Shown one piece after another: positions 12,109-24,676 of a stretch of DNA of 64,000 nt. The notes below the pieces were generated by a model, which was given only the letters and a program-made list of their open reading frames with translations, did not search any database and was not told the origin of the DNA. Position 1 is the first letter of the stretch. Each line of letters begins with the position of its first letter. This DNA comes from Saccostrea cucullata (lineage: Eukaryota). The position numbers and the translations under genes were made by a program. The stretch spans positions 558,001 to 622,000 of the forward strand of contig NW_026934231.1 of assembly GCF_032062105.1 (NCBI RefSeq). The letters run 5' to 3'.

Positions 12109-15100
12109 ATGACTGATCCCGTTTCTCTAAGCTTACCAGCTTTGTCCTCAACGAACAGTTTAGTACGATATAAAGGAATTCCTAGACGATACGAGGAAAC
12201 AAGACCAGTCTTTATCCAAGGAAACACTCATCGAAAGATTATAGGTTCAGGATATTGACATTTCTTTACCTTTTTTAAGAAATACTAAGAGACAAACGTT
12301 TCTAACTATTTAAAGAGGTATTTTCAGAATGCAGTAAATATTTCGTCCCTGATTTATTTTTGCTCCTTTTGATTTGATTGCAAGCACAGGGGCTTGCTCC
12401 CAGCGTGTAATCATTTAGCTGCAGATCTGTAGCGTTATGGTTTTATATATTTGTCTTTGACCATAACGCTACAGATCCCGTAGTGCAAAAAAGGTGTAAT
12501 TTACGGCGCAATATTTTTTGCGCTCTTTTGGGGAGAATCTCTCAACTTTCTAACATTGGTCAATCAACTACCTTTCACTCCCTAATTCTAGACACATTCT
12601 GTAGCCAATATGTATAGTTTATCCACTTCCCAACCATTTATAGTTTTCTCTACAGGCAATAAACTCGCTGGAAGTGAATTTTCAGTAATCTAACAAATAA
12701 TTTTAATCAAGCGAGTTTATCACTTGTAGAGACGACTATAAAGGGTTGGGAGATGGATAAAATATACAGATTAGTTAAATGAATGTCAGACTGCTCGGCC
12801 CAACGACACCTCGGCCCAACGATACCTCGGCCCATTGACACCTCGGCTCCCACGGCTCGGCCCAAATTTGCAGACACCTCGGCTCACGTAAAAGACACCT
12901 CAGCCCAAACAGAAATATAATATTTTATTTAAATATATTTATTATTTATGCTGTTATATATCTTTGAAATGCAAAAGAAAATTAATTTGATACATTTGCA
13001 ATCTTCCAAGAAAGCAAATTGACGGTAATTAAAGAAAGACAATCCATTTATAGTAACTTGATTATAAGTGCTAATCACTAAACAAGTTTTCAAGAAGACA
13101 TAGGGGGTGGTGACTATGAGGAGTTAATTACGAGAAGCCATAATTGTTAATTGTTACATTGTTAATATTTTATTGAATTGATTTGAAAAAAAAATATGAG
13201 TTTTCACGATTAAACAGTAAAATATATATATCAAAAATAAACAAATCAATAAATCTTGCGGACCAGGGCATAAACTTCTGTGTAGACCTATTACATGTAC
13301 CTCCCAATCAACGGATTGTAATTTGATGTTGTGCTGTGGTTTGTTAGAAAATACTGAAATATTGAAATTATCGTATATTTATAGTATAAGTATAGTGATT
13401 AAATATTCATAGTACAAATTTACATTACCGTGGCATAGAAAGAACCAGATAAATTTAAACTAATTTAAACAAACTAAATATATAATTTTATTCCTAACGG
13501 GCCGAGCAGTCTTTGGTATGGGCCGAGGTGTCAATGATATTGAGCCGACCTGTCAGGGCTGAGGTGTCAACCAGCACGGGCCGAGGTGTCGTTGGGCCGA
13601 GTAGTCTGTCTACCAGTTAAATAATGTGTCTAGAATTAGGGGTTGAAAGGTAGTTGATTGAACGATGCTTCAAAGTGGAGAAATTCTCCCCAAAAGAGCG
13701 CAAAAAATATTGCGCCGTAAATTGCACCTTTTTTGCACTACGGGATCTGTAGCGTTATGGTCAAAGACAAATATATAAAACCATAACGCTACAGATCTGC
13801 AGCTAGTAATCATTATATTTATTTTAAAAATCATATACGGTAATGATAAAACTACACAAGTGAGGACGCTATTTTGGACCCCTTCCTCGCTTCAACCTCT
13901 GTTTTCATTATTTTTTCCTTATTTTACTGACTCACCGCCTCGGATCTGTCAAGTAATGATTCTTCTAAGACCCTATGCTTGAATTTTCCCCTTGGGGCCT
14001 CTGCAATACACATTTCAGACTAAAAATAATCCAAACGCGCTCATTAGGACAATTGATTATAATCGACAGAATGCAAAAACACATTCGTAAACCTCGGGAT
14101 TTTTCTACTATTTAAAACATCTGCTTATTATAAATTTTAAAAAAACGTGTTCTAATTCCGTATTCGAATGTAAAACACCAAGGTTACTTTCCCTTTCTGT
14201 CCATTTTTACCATTTCAATTAAGGAGGCTGGGGGGTCAACAAATTAACCACAAATTAACCACCAGATTTAACTTAATTTTTTAGATATGATATCTTAAGC
14301 TGTCAACTATCATTTGGCAAGAAAAATTTCAAAAATTTTAGTTTTAAAATTTGATCATTTTCTATATCTTCATATGGAGCTCTTCATCTAAAGGAGATAA
14401 ATATAGCCTAAAAATGGCCACTACCCGCCAGCCCCCTTAATTTGATAAAAATGTCGCTAATACAAATCAAAAATTGTTGTAAGGTTGACAGAGATTCTGT
14501 TCATAAATATCAATCTTTAGTTGCCTGTAACAATTTATCTTCAACCCTTTACTTTGAAATAAAGGGAAAACACTGCAATATCGATGAAAAGAGATTATCA
14601 CTACACATTCTGATGCAGGTCTTGCAAGATTTTAAAATTCATGAAATGAAAACAAACCTTGGCAGTATGATAAAATGATTTCATCAGATTGTATTTTTTT
14701 TAAAAATGAACCATAAAAATGATGTTAGTAAGTACTAATGGTATGATTCTATTGATAACTTGTGAGTTTGACATTTTATTTGGTTTGCAAGTATCGAAAG
14801 TCCATCGGCAATGCCACCTTTTGATGGCCAATTTCCAGTTTTGTAATGGAGCCATTCTGACGATTTCCTGGCACATTAAATATCCAAATATTAAAAAGCC
14901 TGGAAAACATCTGATATTTTTAACTATATCTTCATAACACAATTGTTGTCGAGGATTTGAAATGGGGCTAGATTGTAGGTGTAAGAGAGCAGAAATAAGG
15001 GCAAAAATTTCCCAAATTTGTAAATAAAAGTAAAGTGGTTATATTAATCAATGCACTTCATATTTCATCTACATGTATTAAAAGACTGCTGTCTCTTTCA

Positions 15101-18100
15101 TATTGCATTCATCATCAATTTGCTATTACTGTATACAGCACATATGAATTATTACTTTCCTTTCACACAGGACTTGGGCGGGATTTGGAAAAAAGAGTAC
15201 AAGAAAAATATGAACAAGAGAAACAGAAGGCAATCAGGGATGCTGAACAAGCAGTGTGGGCAGAAGCCGAGCAACTAAAGTCAGCAGCACTGCTGAAGGC
15301 GAGAGAAGACTCCTCAATAGACCTAGAGAGAGCAGTAAAAAAAATCAACAGACAACATGAAAAGGCACTGAAGGTAAACAGTCCAGTCCAATACGAAAAT
15401 TCGTAATATTACGAAAAAACGAAAGATTACGAAAGACTGTAATATTACAAGTTATCGTAATATAAAACTTATATTACAATTTTTCGTAATGTAGTTAAAT
15501 TACGAATACGCATAATATAGCAGATTGTATGAGACTATATTACGAGTTTTCGTAATCCAAGACAAATTTAAGCATTGCAAGAAATTGAGTGGTGGGTAGC
15601 AAAGTATGACATCAGTAATATATCAGATTCCACGGCTACTGATAGCACGCGGTCAGTTTGGTCAGTTACGCCTATCAGAAAGCATGGAAATTCAAGAAGA
15701 AAGTACCGCCAGCGATGGGTGAGTGGACAATTTCTTTTTTCATTCTTTTATAGGAATTTTCCCAAGGATAAGACCAATTTTCCAGTAAATTTCAATATTC
15801 GCTTATGCATGTCGCATTGGTCTATATCACCCGAACTCCCTACTTTTCTTCCGAAGTCTACCCTAAAAATCACACCCTCGTCTCATAATACAACTTTTCG
15901 TGCAATTCTTATTGAAACACACCGAATTCAAATCTCAGTAAGAGTCGTACAAGTTATCGCCCGTGACATCTCATAGTAAACGTCATACTTTACTATCCGC
16001 CACTCAATTTCTTGCAATGCTTGAATTTGTCTTGGATTACGAAAACTCGTAATATAGTCTCTACAATCTGCTATATTACACATATTCGTAATTTTACTAC
16101 ATTACGAAAAATTGTAATATAAGTTTTATATTACGATAACTTGTAATATTACGCTTTCTCGTAATCTTACTTTTTTTCGTAATATTACGAATTTTCGTAT
16201 TGGACTGGACTGGTAAATATAATACTCTAATATTTACACACACTGAATGATACTATATAAGCAGAAATTTTAGGGAGGATTTAATTTTGGCATTATTAGC
16301 GAGGGTTTCAAGATCGCTAAAATTGAATATCGCTAAAAATTAATTGAGCTTTATTTGCAATAGCTTCTTAAGATAACTCTTTAAAATCGCTAAAATTACA
16401 TATCGCTAAAAATAAAATACCTATTTTTAAGGACAAATTGCTAAATTTGCATCTCGCTAAAATTTCCACTAAAAAATATATGGTATGTTGTTTTGTAATT
16501 ATTATAACCATGGTTGTTTATCAATATACTTTAACAGTGCTTTAATTAACAAGACAGTGTATAGAGGAGTTTCTCTTTCAATGAAACATGCACTGGTTAA
16601 ACCTACTTAACATAAATATTTATACAGTTAAAAATATAAACAATAAAATGTCTTTTATTTGTTAGCATTTAAGTTTGTAAAAGATGAAAATTTGATCATG
16701 CATGGAGATAACAAGAATTGAAACAAAATTAAAGAGTTCCCCTGCCCGTATATGGAAAAAACTTGTTCAAATTAGCTACATGTAGCTATAGTCACAGCAC
16801 CATATTCAAGAATAAGAAAGGACCCTGTACAATCTATTGGCCATTGAGTAGTTTTGTTTAGGACAGCTTTATTTGATGGGTTCAGTTGTTATTAGTAGGG
16901 TTGTGCTTTAGCCCAACAGGCCACAGAATTTTCCTGCCTCTAAGGAGAATTATTTTTCTCCTGGTTATTCTAGCATTGCTTCCTCAACCCCCACTTTTAA
17001 AGGGAGGAACCCAGAGCATCCTTCTTCTTTTAAAATGGATCCATATCTATTTTAATTTTTATGAACTTTTTGTTCAGCAATATTTTTATAATGGCCTGGA
17101 TATTCAAACGTCATTATACTTGTACGCAATCTTGTCCTGCCTTTGAAATATTTTAAACAACAGGGTAGCCATTATCACGACAATCAAGTTTAAATCTGTA
17201 GTTACCTAGATAAGTTAATATTTACCCTGCAGAAAGTTTGGTGATTCTCTTTAAATCATATTGCATAATCCACAGGCCCTGTTTGTAGAGATGTCCAGCT
17301 GCTGCGCTGATGATCATTGTCAGTGTGTCTGTCTGTAGTTCATGTCATTCTCTTGTAGTCCATGTGGGCCATTAATCACATCAGTCACTGTACTGAAAAG
17401 GTTCAGTGATAATATGTGTGTGGTCCTATTTTATCAGAGGAAGCTTTTATCAGTAAACTTTGTCAACTATCATCTGATTATGCAGTAATTAAACAAACCT
17501 AGGAGTGTTCCAGAAAGAAAAGCATGAAGAAAACAGAAGCATTTGAATATAGTTCACTAAAACTGTGAAACCTATCAGTGAAAGAGAGTCATTTAATTTA
17601 ATTAAACTTGAAAATTTTTTTATAAACTTTGACAGGACTTGTCTTTTTCACCTCTATATAGCAGAGTAAAACTTTTTCAATGTAATTAAATTCTTATGCA
17701 ACCTGACATTTTCTCTTATCTTCGAGGAGTTGATATCCAGCTGCCTAGACTGGCATAGTTTAATATTTATAATTGTGGCCAGAAAACTTTGTTTATCTAT
17801 TTAGAACATCGGAACTAACCTAAGTTTAAGTTTAATTTGTGTTCAAAGTCCACCTTTTTTGCAATAGGATATAGAAAAGTGTTAATGTATACTGCAAAAA
17901 TAAATTCAAAAATAGGTAAATTATATACATTGGCAGTGATACATATGTACATTTAATACAGGACATTTGAAATTATTATGTTTTTTTGCAAATCATGATG
18001 CAAAGTCTATTTCAACTATTGTACATATCTGTGTCACATATTGTTCTCGTACAAGTGTCAAATTTTTAAAATATATATGATTTTGTATTTACTTCCAATT

Positions 18101-21100
18101 TGTATGACCTTGAACTTGTCCACATGACCTTAGTGAAATTATCATGTCTTACATTCTTTCCATAAGTATGTACGTACTATGTTATTCAAAAATGATAAGG
18201 TGACTGTATATACTTTTTCAAAGGAATATCTGTCTAATTTTTTGGTTTCATGATGTGATGAATGGATTGGCTTGCATAATAATTTGCATAAATGTTGAAG
18301 GCATTTATGCATAAAATTATCATGCAAACCAATCAATCGATCATCATGGAACAAAAAAAAATTCTGACAGTTACCGTAAATCTGGAAATTTTTGCTGTAG
18401 ATAAAGAACTATATGCGGTATTAACCAACATTTGCCCCCCAAAATCAAACTTTGATGGAGTAATATTTAATTAAGTCCTTAAACAGGGGAGTATATGCTG
18501 GCTTCAAAGCACTGAATAATTTCATAAGTAATGACGTCATATGTACGTAATGACGTCACAAAAATGACGTAAATTTCAGTTTTTTATGAATTTTGCAGAA
18601 AAATGTACATATTTCGTCGATATTTTAAATAAAAGTCACCGAGCGCATGTGTGTTCAGGATTAATATTTTGATATAATGTGTAGAATGATAATATCAATG
18701 AAATATGTCAATATTGTTCCTGAACACACATGCGCTCTATAAATTCTAAAGCTTAAATTGTTGAAATTTTGTCCATTTTGTCCTCTTTCTGAAAAAGGAT
18801 ATAAAATCGGACTAGTTTGTGACGTCATAAAAACAGAAATTGTGAATACACTGCTCTGGAACTATAATATTTTCTGTTAACTTATATTTCTTGTACAATT
18901 TATTGAATTCAGCACATTTCAGGAAGTTTTCAAAATTTGACTTTTGTGGGGGCAAACATATGCAATATACCGCATATAGTTCTTTTTAACAAATTTGTGA
19001 GTTCATTGCATTCGCAAAAATATTTTTCTTAGAAATAAATTACAAATAAGAAAATGTAAACAAAGCAGTGGTCATTCGCAAAATTTTGAAACATAAAAAT
19101 TAATCAAGAGCATTTTGACCCGAATTCGCAAAATAAAATTGACGTAAAAATTTCCAGATTTATGGTATTTCTCATATTTATATGCTCTTGATTCCGCAAA
19201 GCCCGCTTCTGTCTCTGTTTGTCCCGCCCAACACATGATTTTTTTTAACCGCCCATATATAGGTCCCTGCCCATATGGATGAACCAGTAGATTGTAGTAA
19301 AAGTACATTCACAATTTTTAATTTTATCTCAGACAAAGACATTGGAAATGTAAATATATATATTTATAAATGCAAGCTCTCTGCATGAAAGTTGCAGACA
19401 GACATGAAGAGAAACAGACAGACAGACAATCTTAAGTAAAAAAAAGAACAACACTGCTAAGTCCTTTGTCTTCAAGTCATAGTTTTGAACTTATTTGAAT
19501 TTAAAATTTTCAATGCTTCACTATTTCATCTCCTTTTTATCTGTTTTTACCGTTCATTGTATCATTATGAGATTGCATAGGCTTGCAATGAGATGACCTT
19601 GCTAAATTTTTCCACCTGGAATTTTCCACCAAGTATCATACAGGCCATGTTACTGTATGTACATGTACTACAGTCTTGATGTTTTTATTACGTGAGGTAT
19701 ACAGTGTAAGCTATGATAATTTAACTCTATACACTGAAGTTTCACGTGTACTTGATGATGTTAGGTACCTACTGGACTTTAATCAGTGCATGAATAATTT
19801 CACATGTCAAACTAACTTAGAGAGGGTAAAAAAAAATCTAAAAAACAAAACCATTAATATGTACCTGCAGTAAGAATTTACTTTAAAAATTTTAATCCTT
19901 GTTATGTAGGTTGCTGCTGAGACTTCAAAGAGCAGTTGAGGCAAACTATTATTAATTTAGTCTAGAATTAGTCTATATAATATATATACTTTGAGAGGTA
20001 ATAATTGCATGTCAATCATATTTCATAAATAGTCTGGAACAACAAAGTAATGCATAAAAAATCCTTTCGCTAAAGCAAATCAAGCATTGCATGTTCAATT
20101 GTTTGTCATGTTATTCGAGTACCAACAGAACACCATTTTTTAACTGATCTATAATGAAAGGTTGATTTAGGAGTAGGGTGAATTGTTAATAAAGTGTAAA
20201 CACATATCAGTTTTCATTTAACCAAAACAGTTTACTGCTTATGATAAATTAAGCTGGTACATGTACGTACATATGTATTACGTGTGTTGTAGTTTATTAT
20301 AAATTAATGCCTTTAATTTATTTTTGCCAATAGGAAGAGGCTCTTAGGGTGGAGATGGCGATGCAGAAATTAGCGATTGAACAAGTCAAGCAGGAAAGAG
20401 CTGAGGCTGAGGAACGACTAAAGGAAGCAGTGAAGAAAACTGAGGCTCGCTGTCACCAGGAGCTGGTAGAGGCGGTGATAAAAGCTCGCGAGGAGGAGAA
20501 GAAGATAGCAGAGGAGGAGGTTAAAAAAGTGGCCAAGTACGTAGTGATAATTAAAAGCTGTTGTAAAATTGATTTCTGGTGGATTTTACGGTTGAAATAG
20601 ATGTAAATTAGTTTTGTAACGTGAGTTTCAAATATGTGAAAATTTCTACAAGATATTTGTTGTTTTAGGTCATCCTAATTTCATCAGATTTCTTTATAAT
20701 GTACTGACTTTGATGTTTTGCAATAATTTTTTTTTAAATTACTGAAAAAATGAAATCAATGAAAAAATAAGGAAACTCTAAAAAGAAATTCAGATTTTTT
20801 AAATTGATGATTGTAAAAAAAAAAGTAACTCAGCAACTTTGGTGCAGACAACAACGCACTTATTCATGAATAATTAATCAAAACTGAATATGATACTAAT
20901 TCATGATCACGCCAACCACTGGATACCCAATGATTGCCCTAAATTTTGAATATTTACATTTCCAATAAATTTCCCCTATGATTCTTTACAAAATAAAATG
21001 CAGTATATTTTCTCATGAACTACATTAGGTATGTATCACGAATACGCATGAATATCTCCATTGTTACGTCATAATACCGCTCTTGACGTCAAAAAGTCAA

Positions 21101-21979
21101 AAGATATAGTGCACCCTGTTTTGTTTTAAAAATGACAGTTGAATGGCGTAAATTTATGGCAAGTCATCAGAAAAATAATGTAAATATAAGAAATGAATTT
21201 AATTTTTTGAAGATTCATGAGTTATATGAACTACAATGCTTCACGCCGGCATATTTATCATGAAGCGCTAACGCGCTTCATGAAATATGGTGGCGTGAAG
21301 CGTCGTAGTTCATAACCTCATGAATCTTCAAAAATTAAATTCATTTCTTAAATATGTCAATTTATGTACATGCCCAGACAGTGTATGCAGTTATTGAGCA
21401 TTTTAGAAGTTATGTCCCCTTGTCCATGACTTGTCTAGCTGATTATCATTCCCTCTTTTTTCAATACAGAATTCTTTGAAAGATTATTAAATAAACAAAC
21501 AAATTAAAAAATTAAGAAAGGTTAGCAGTGTTTAAGAAAATCCTCCTTTAACTCTTTGTAGGGCAGCACAGGAAAAATTTGAGAAAGCGGTCCAGATAGC
21601 TGCAGAAGAGAAGAAAAAGGCATTAAAAGAGCTGGAGGAGAGAAAGGAGAAAGAGAGGGAGAAGGCAGTGGCGGAAATGGAGGTGGCCCAGAAAAAGGTG
21701 GCCGCCCAACAGCTGGAGAAATTAAAGAAGGAGTACGAGCAGATTAATGCCAGACTTAAAGAGGAAATCAAAGGAAAACTGGACATAATAGACAAACTGA
21801 ATCTCCAGGTAATCTGTATAGAAAAGGCCAAGAAAAACGTGGAGGAGGTACTTCATGATACGAAAACGGATTTCCAAGATTTCATCGATAGACTGCCAGA
21901 CTCCATTAAAGGCCAGGTGGGGTACATGGTACGACCTATATACATTGACGAGATTGGACGGGTGCCTACAATTGTGTAA
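12109..21979 (+). CDS. C6orf163: C6orf163-like uncharacterised coiled-coil protein, 4 exons
   Basis: Phase-consistent exons 12109-12244, 15171-15373, 20334-20536, 21562-21979. THRKIIGLG, AEQAVWAEA, CHQELVEAVIKAREEEK and VEEVLHDTKTDFQDFID are collinear with recalled human C6orf163 motifs (THKDILDIG, AEAEVWAQA, CHREKVEAVEKARAEER, LEEELQETRMAFQKYIN). Confidence 0.8.
12416..13805. mobile_element. Foldback Mutator-like (MULE) non-autonomous element, 9-bp TSD
   Basis: Long TIRs tagctgcagatctgtagcgttatgg...; TSD gtaatcatt at 12407-12415 and 13806-13814; right arm interrupted by a nested element. Confidence 0.85.
12781..13614. mobile_element. Nested non-autonomous DNA element with subterminal repeats, 8-bp TSD
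   Basis: Arrays of gacacctcggccca and inverse gggccgaggtgtc; TSD agttaaat at 12773-12780 and 13615-13622. Confidence 0.75.
14223..14436. mobile_element. Kolobok-like MITE (TTAA target)
   Basis: ttaa|ggaggctgg...ccagccccc|ttaa. Confidence 0.6.
15379..16212. mobile_element. Long-TIR MITE with 5-bp TSD inserted at a splice donor
   Basis: TIR of about 220 bp starting cagtccagtccaatacgaaaattcg; TSD gtaaa at 15374-15378 and 16213-16217. Confidence 0.85.
18372..19166. mobile_element. Tc1/mariner-type MITE containing a nested TIR element (about 18403-18985)
   Basis: Outer TIR taccgtaaatctggaaattttt / aaaaatttccagatttatggta; inner TIR aaagaactatatgcggtat / ataccgcatatagttcttt. Confidence 0.7.
21187..21350. 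repeat. Hairpin of about 80-bp arms, centre gcgctaacgcgc
   Basis: taagaaatgaatttaatttttgaagattcatgag... pairs with ...ctcatgaatcttcaaaaattaaattcatttctta. Confidence 0.75.
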
Positions 21980-22875
21980 GAGCTGAATTTATTTCAGAAG
22001 AGAAACCACTGAATCTTCTTTCTAAGTGACCTACTTACTGAGTGTATGAATATTTCATTACATGAAGTCCTAGCTGTAAAATTCCGACTTTATATTGTTT
22101 CTTATACATTTCCTGAGATATTTTGACATTGAACATTCCTGTATGTAAAGATGTATCAACTATCAAGCAGGGTTCTTGACCTCTTTAAAGAATTTACTGC
22201 AAATTATCGGTATTATTTTTTACATTTGTTTTACATTTGTCAGTAGAAACATGGATATTCAAGGACTTCTGTTGTTGACTGCAAGTGCCTGCATTTATTT
22301 TCTTTTAATTTTGTTGCTGACTATCAAAAATACCAATATATTGGATTATTAGAATATTTTTACCATAAATCTATCTAAACAATTTGTTATGCAAGCTAGT
22401 GTTAAAAAAAATACTCATGTATCTTTTGAGTCTTGAAAGTGAAGGGTGTATCTGGCTCTCAATATCCATTATAGATAAATAATATACAATTATGGTACCT
22501 ACTTTGGGACTTAATTTTTTTTCAACAGTGCACTTTTTTTCACCAAATTTCACTGAAAAATACTGTTACAGTATAGTATGTATCGTTTTCTGTACATATG
22601 GCACTCAAAGTGAAAGTACATGTATATATGTAGTCATTTTATTTTTAAGTTTTACTCATTTTAAAAAGTAGTACAAAGAGATTTCTTTTTAAAAAATCTT
22701 CTTCGGGAAGTTCCCAGAACAACTATAGACCATAATAAGATACTTGCAAGCATCTTCAAATAGCGCTTATTCAAATCATGATCACACTAAGTAGTCAAAA
22801 GTTTCATGGGAAAAAGGATGGAGGGGGGGGGTCTTTTTAAAAATATTCTGAACAACAGCAGGAATAAGGTGATTC

Positions 22876-23073
22876 TGGTGAGCAATATGGCCCACAAGTT
22901 TCTTATTATTAGGTATGGTGAGCATTGTGACCCACAAGTTTCTTATTATTGGGTATGGTGAGCATTGTGACCCACAAGTTTCTTATTATTGGGTATGGTG
23001 AGCATTGTGACCCACAAGTTTCTTATTATTGGGTATGGTGAGCATTGTGACCCACAAGTTTCTTATTAATAGG
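22876..23073. repeat. 40-bp minisatellite, about 5 copies
   Basis: Unit agcattgtgacccacaagtttcttattattgggtatggtg at 22921, 22961, 23001 and 23041 (partial), variant at 22881. Confidence 0.9.
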
Positions 23074-24385
23074 TAAACTAGAAAAGAATTCATTTTCAAA
23101 TGTTTTGGTTTATAATCAGTTTTTAACATTGATTAATTGTGAGTGGTGTACATGCTTCTAATTTAGTTAAAGAAGTTAAAGTAATGGTAAACTGTGAAAT
23201 CATTAATTTTTAAGGGGAGCTGTTTTTGAGGTTTGAATAGACCCGTGAATCAGTGTCCACCACAAAATGTAAAAATTCATAACTCCTCAACACCTCTCCA
23301 AGTACCCATAAAAAAACCCTACAAATCAATAATTTTTCTCAAGCCTTGAAAATTTTACCCCTTAGAAACATGTGATTTTACAGTCTTAGGTCAGTTAACA
23401 TACTTGTACGTAATAAATTGTGTGAGCATTGTTGAGTCACCAGATTATTTATTTCTGCCTTGGAACTCTCGATCCAGTCACAAATTTATTATTTTTATAC
23501 ACTTGTTTTATTTTTGTACAATATACACTAAAAGCAATAAAATAATGTATATTTACAGATTGTTGATTTATGCAAGTACTTGGTAACTCAAGCTAAGAAA
23601 CATTGGAAAATGTATGCATTTTGAAAACAGAGAGCGACAGCCAATTGACCCCTGAAAATGTGTCCACTATACTACTATCATTCAATATCAGAATGTCACT
23701 TCGTTTGATCAAGCATGCTAAAGTTTCAAATGATGATCACCTTTTCACATCAGTTGGATGTTTGATTTAAATGAAAACAATACTACTTTGGATATGAAAC
23801 AAGGAACCCAGCAATATACTGATTATACTGACAAATTGCATTGAATGATGGTTTACAATACATTTTTATAAAGCAGCAACACATGATCAGTCAAAGCCCA
23901 TCGCTGGTTCCTCTATTTACACTCTTTGCATTGAAATTATAAACATTTAATCGAGGAGAAATATGGTGATCTCCGTTTGAAACTTTACCATGCTAGATCA
24001 AACAAAGTAACACACTGGTATTGGAATGATAATACCTATCTGATTAGTCCTTTATACATTAGAACCTCTGTTTCAAATCAAAATAACTGAGTCTTCTGGA
24101 CAAATGGACATCTCATTCTCACCTGCCTTTGATTCACACATTCCTTGACCCAAACACTATACACTGCTGAACTTGGTCAGACTAAATTACTTAGTCTAGT
24201 GAATAGAGCAGATGAAAAAGTGTCTTCAGTAAGTTTTTTTTTTCCTCAGTATGAATATGTTTATTCAACTTTAAACTATTAATTGATTAAGTTAAGCAGG
24301 ATTCATTTATTTGTGCATTCAACAATGCAATTATAATGAAAAAGTGAAGATTTTATGATCATATTCCCACAGAAAATCTACACAG

Positions 24386-24597
24386 TACTGTAGATCACTT
24401 AATTTTCGCGACACCTTATTTTCACGAGATAGTCATTGACTTTTCAAAAGTGAGACAAAATTTTCACAAATTATGGTCATTGCTCTATATTATCTTAAGG
24501 AATTCTATGATAAGCAAGAATGACATTTTCGCGAGCATACCGTCTCACGTAATTACGCGAAAATAAAGTTCTCACGAATAAAAAGTGATTTACAGTA
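24386..24597. mobile_element. About 210-bp TACTGT...ACAGTA MITE (Tc1/mariner-type)
   Basis: TIR tactgtagatcactt / aagtgatttacagta; same family as 33082-33291. Confidence 0.75.
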
Positions 24598-24676
24598 TTT
24601 ATATTGTCTGTTTTTGCTTTCATTTGTCTAAGTTGGATAAACTGAAGTAGACTGTTTCTAGTTTTGTTTGTTTTTA

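Noticed and set aside
15575-15976. 133-aa ORF
   Set aside because: Lies inside a MITE, with no recognisable domain.
16750-17400. Nested antisense gene in the C6orf163-like intron
   Set aside because: Somewhat GC-richer, but no ORF or exon structure could be assembled.
22876-23073. CRISPR-like array
   Set aside because: Units are contiguous with no unique spacers; eukaryotic minisatellite.
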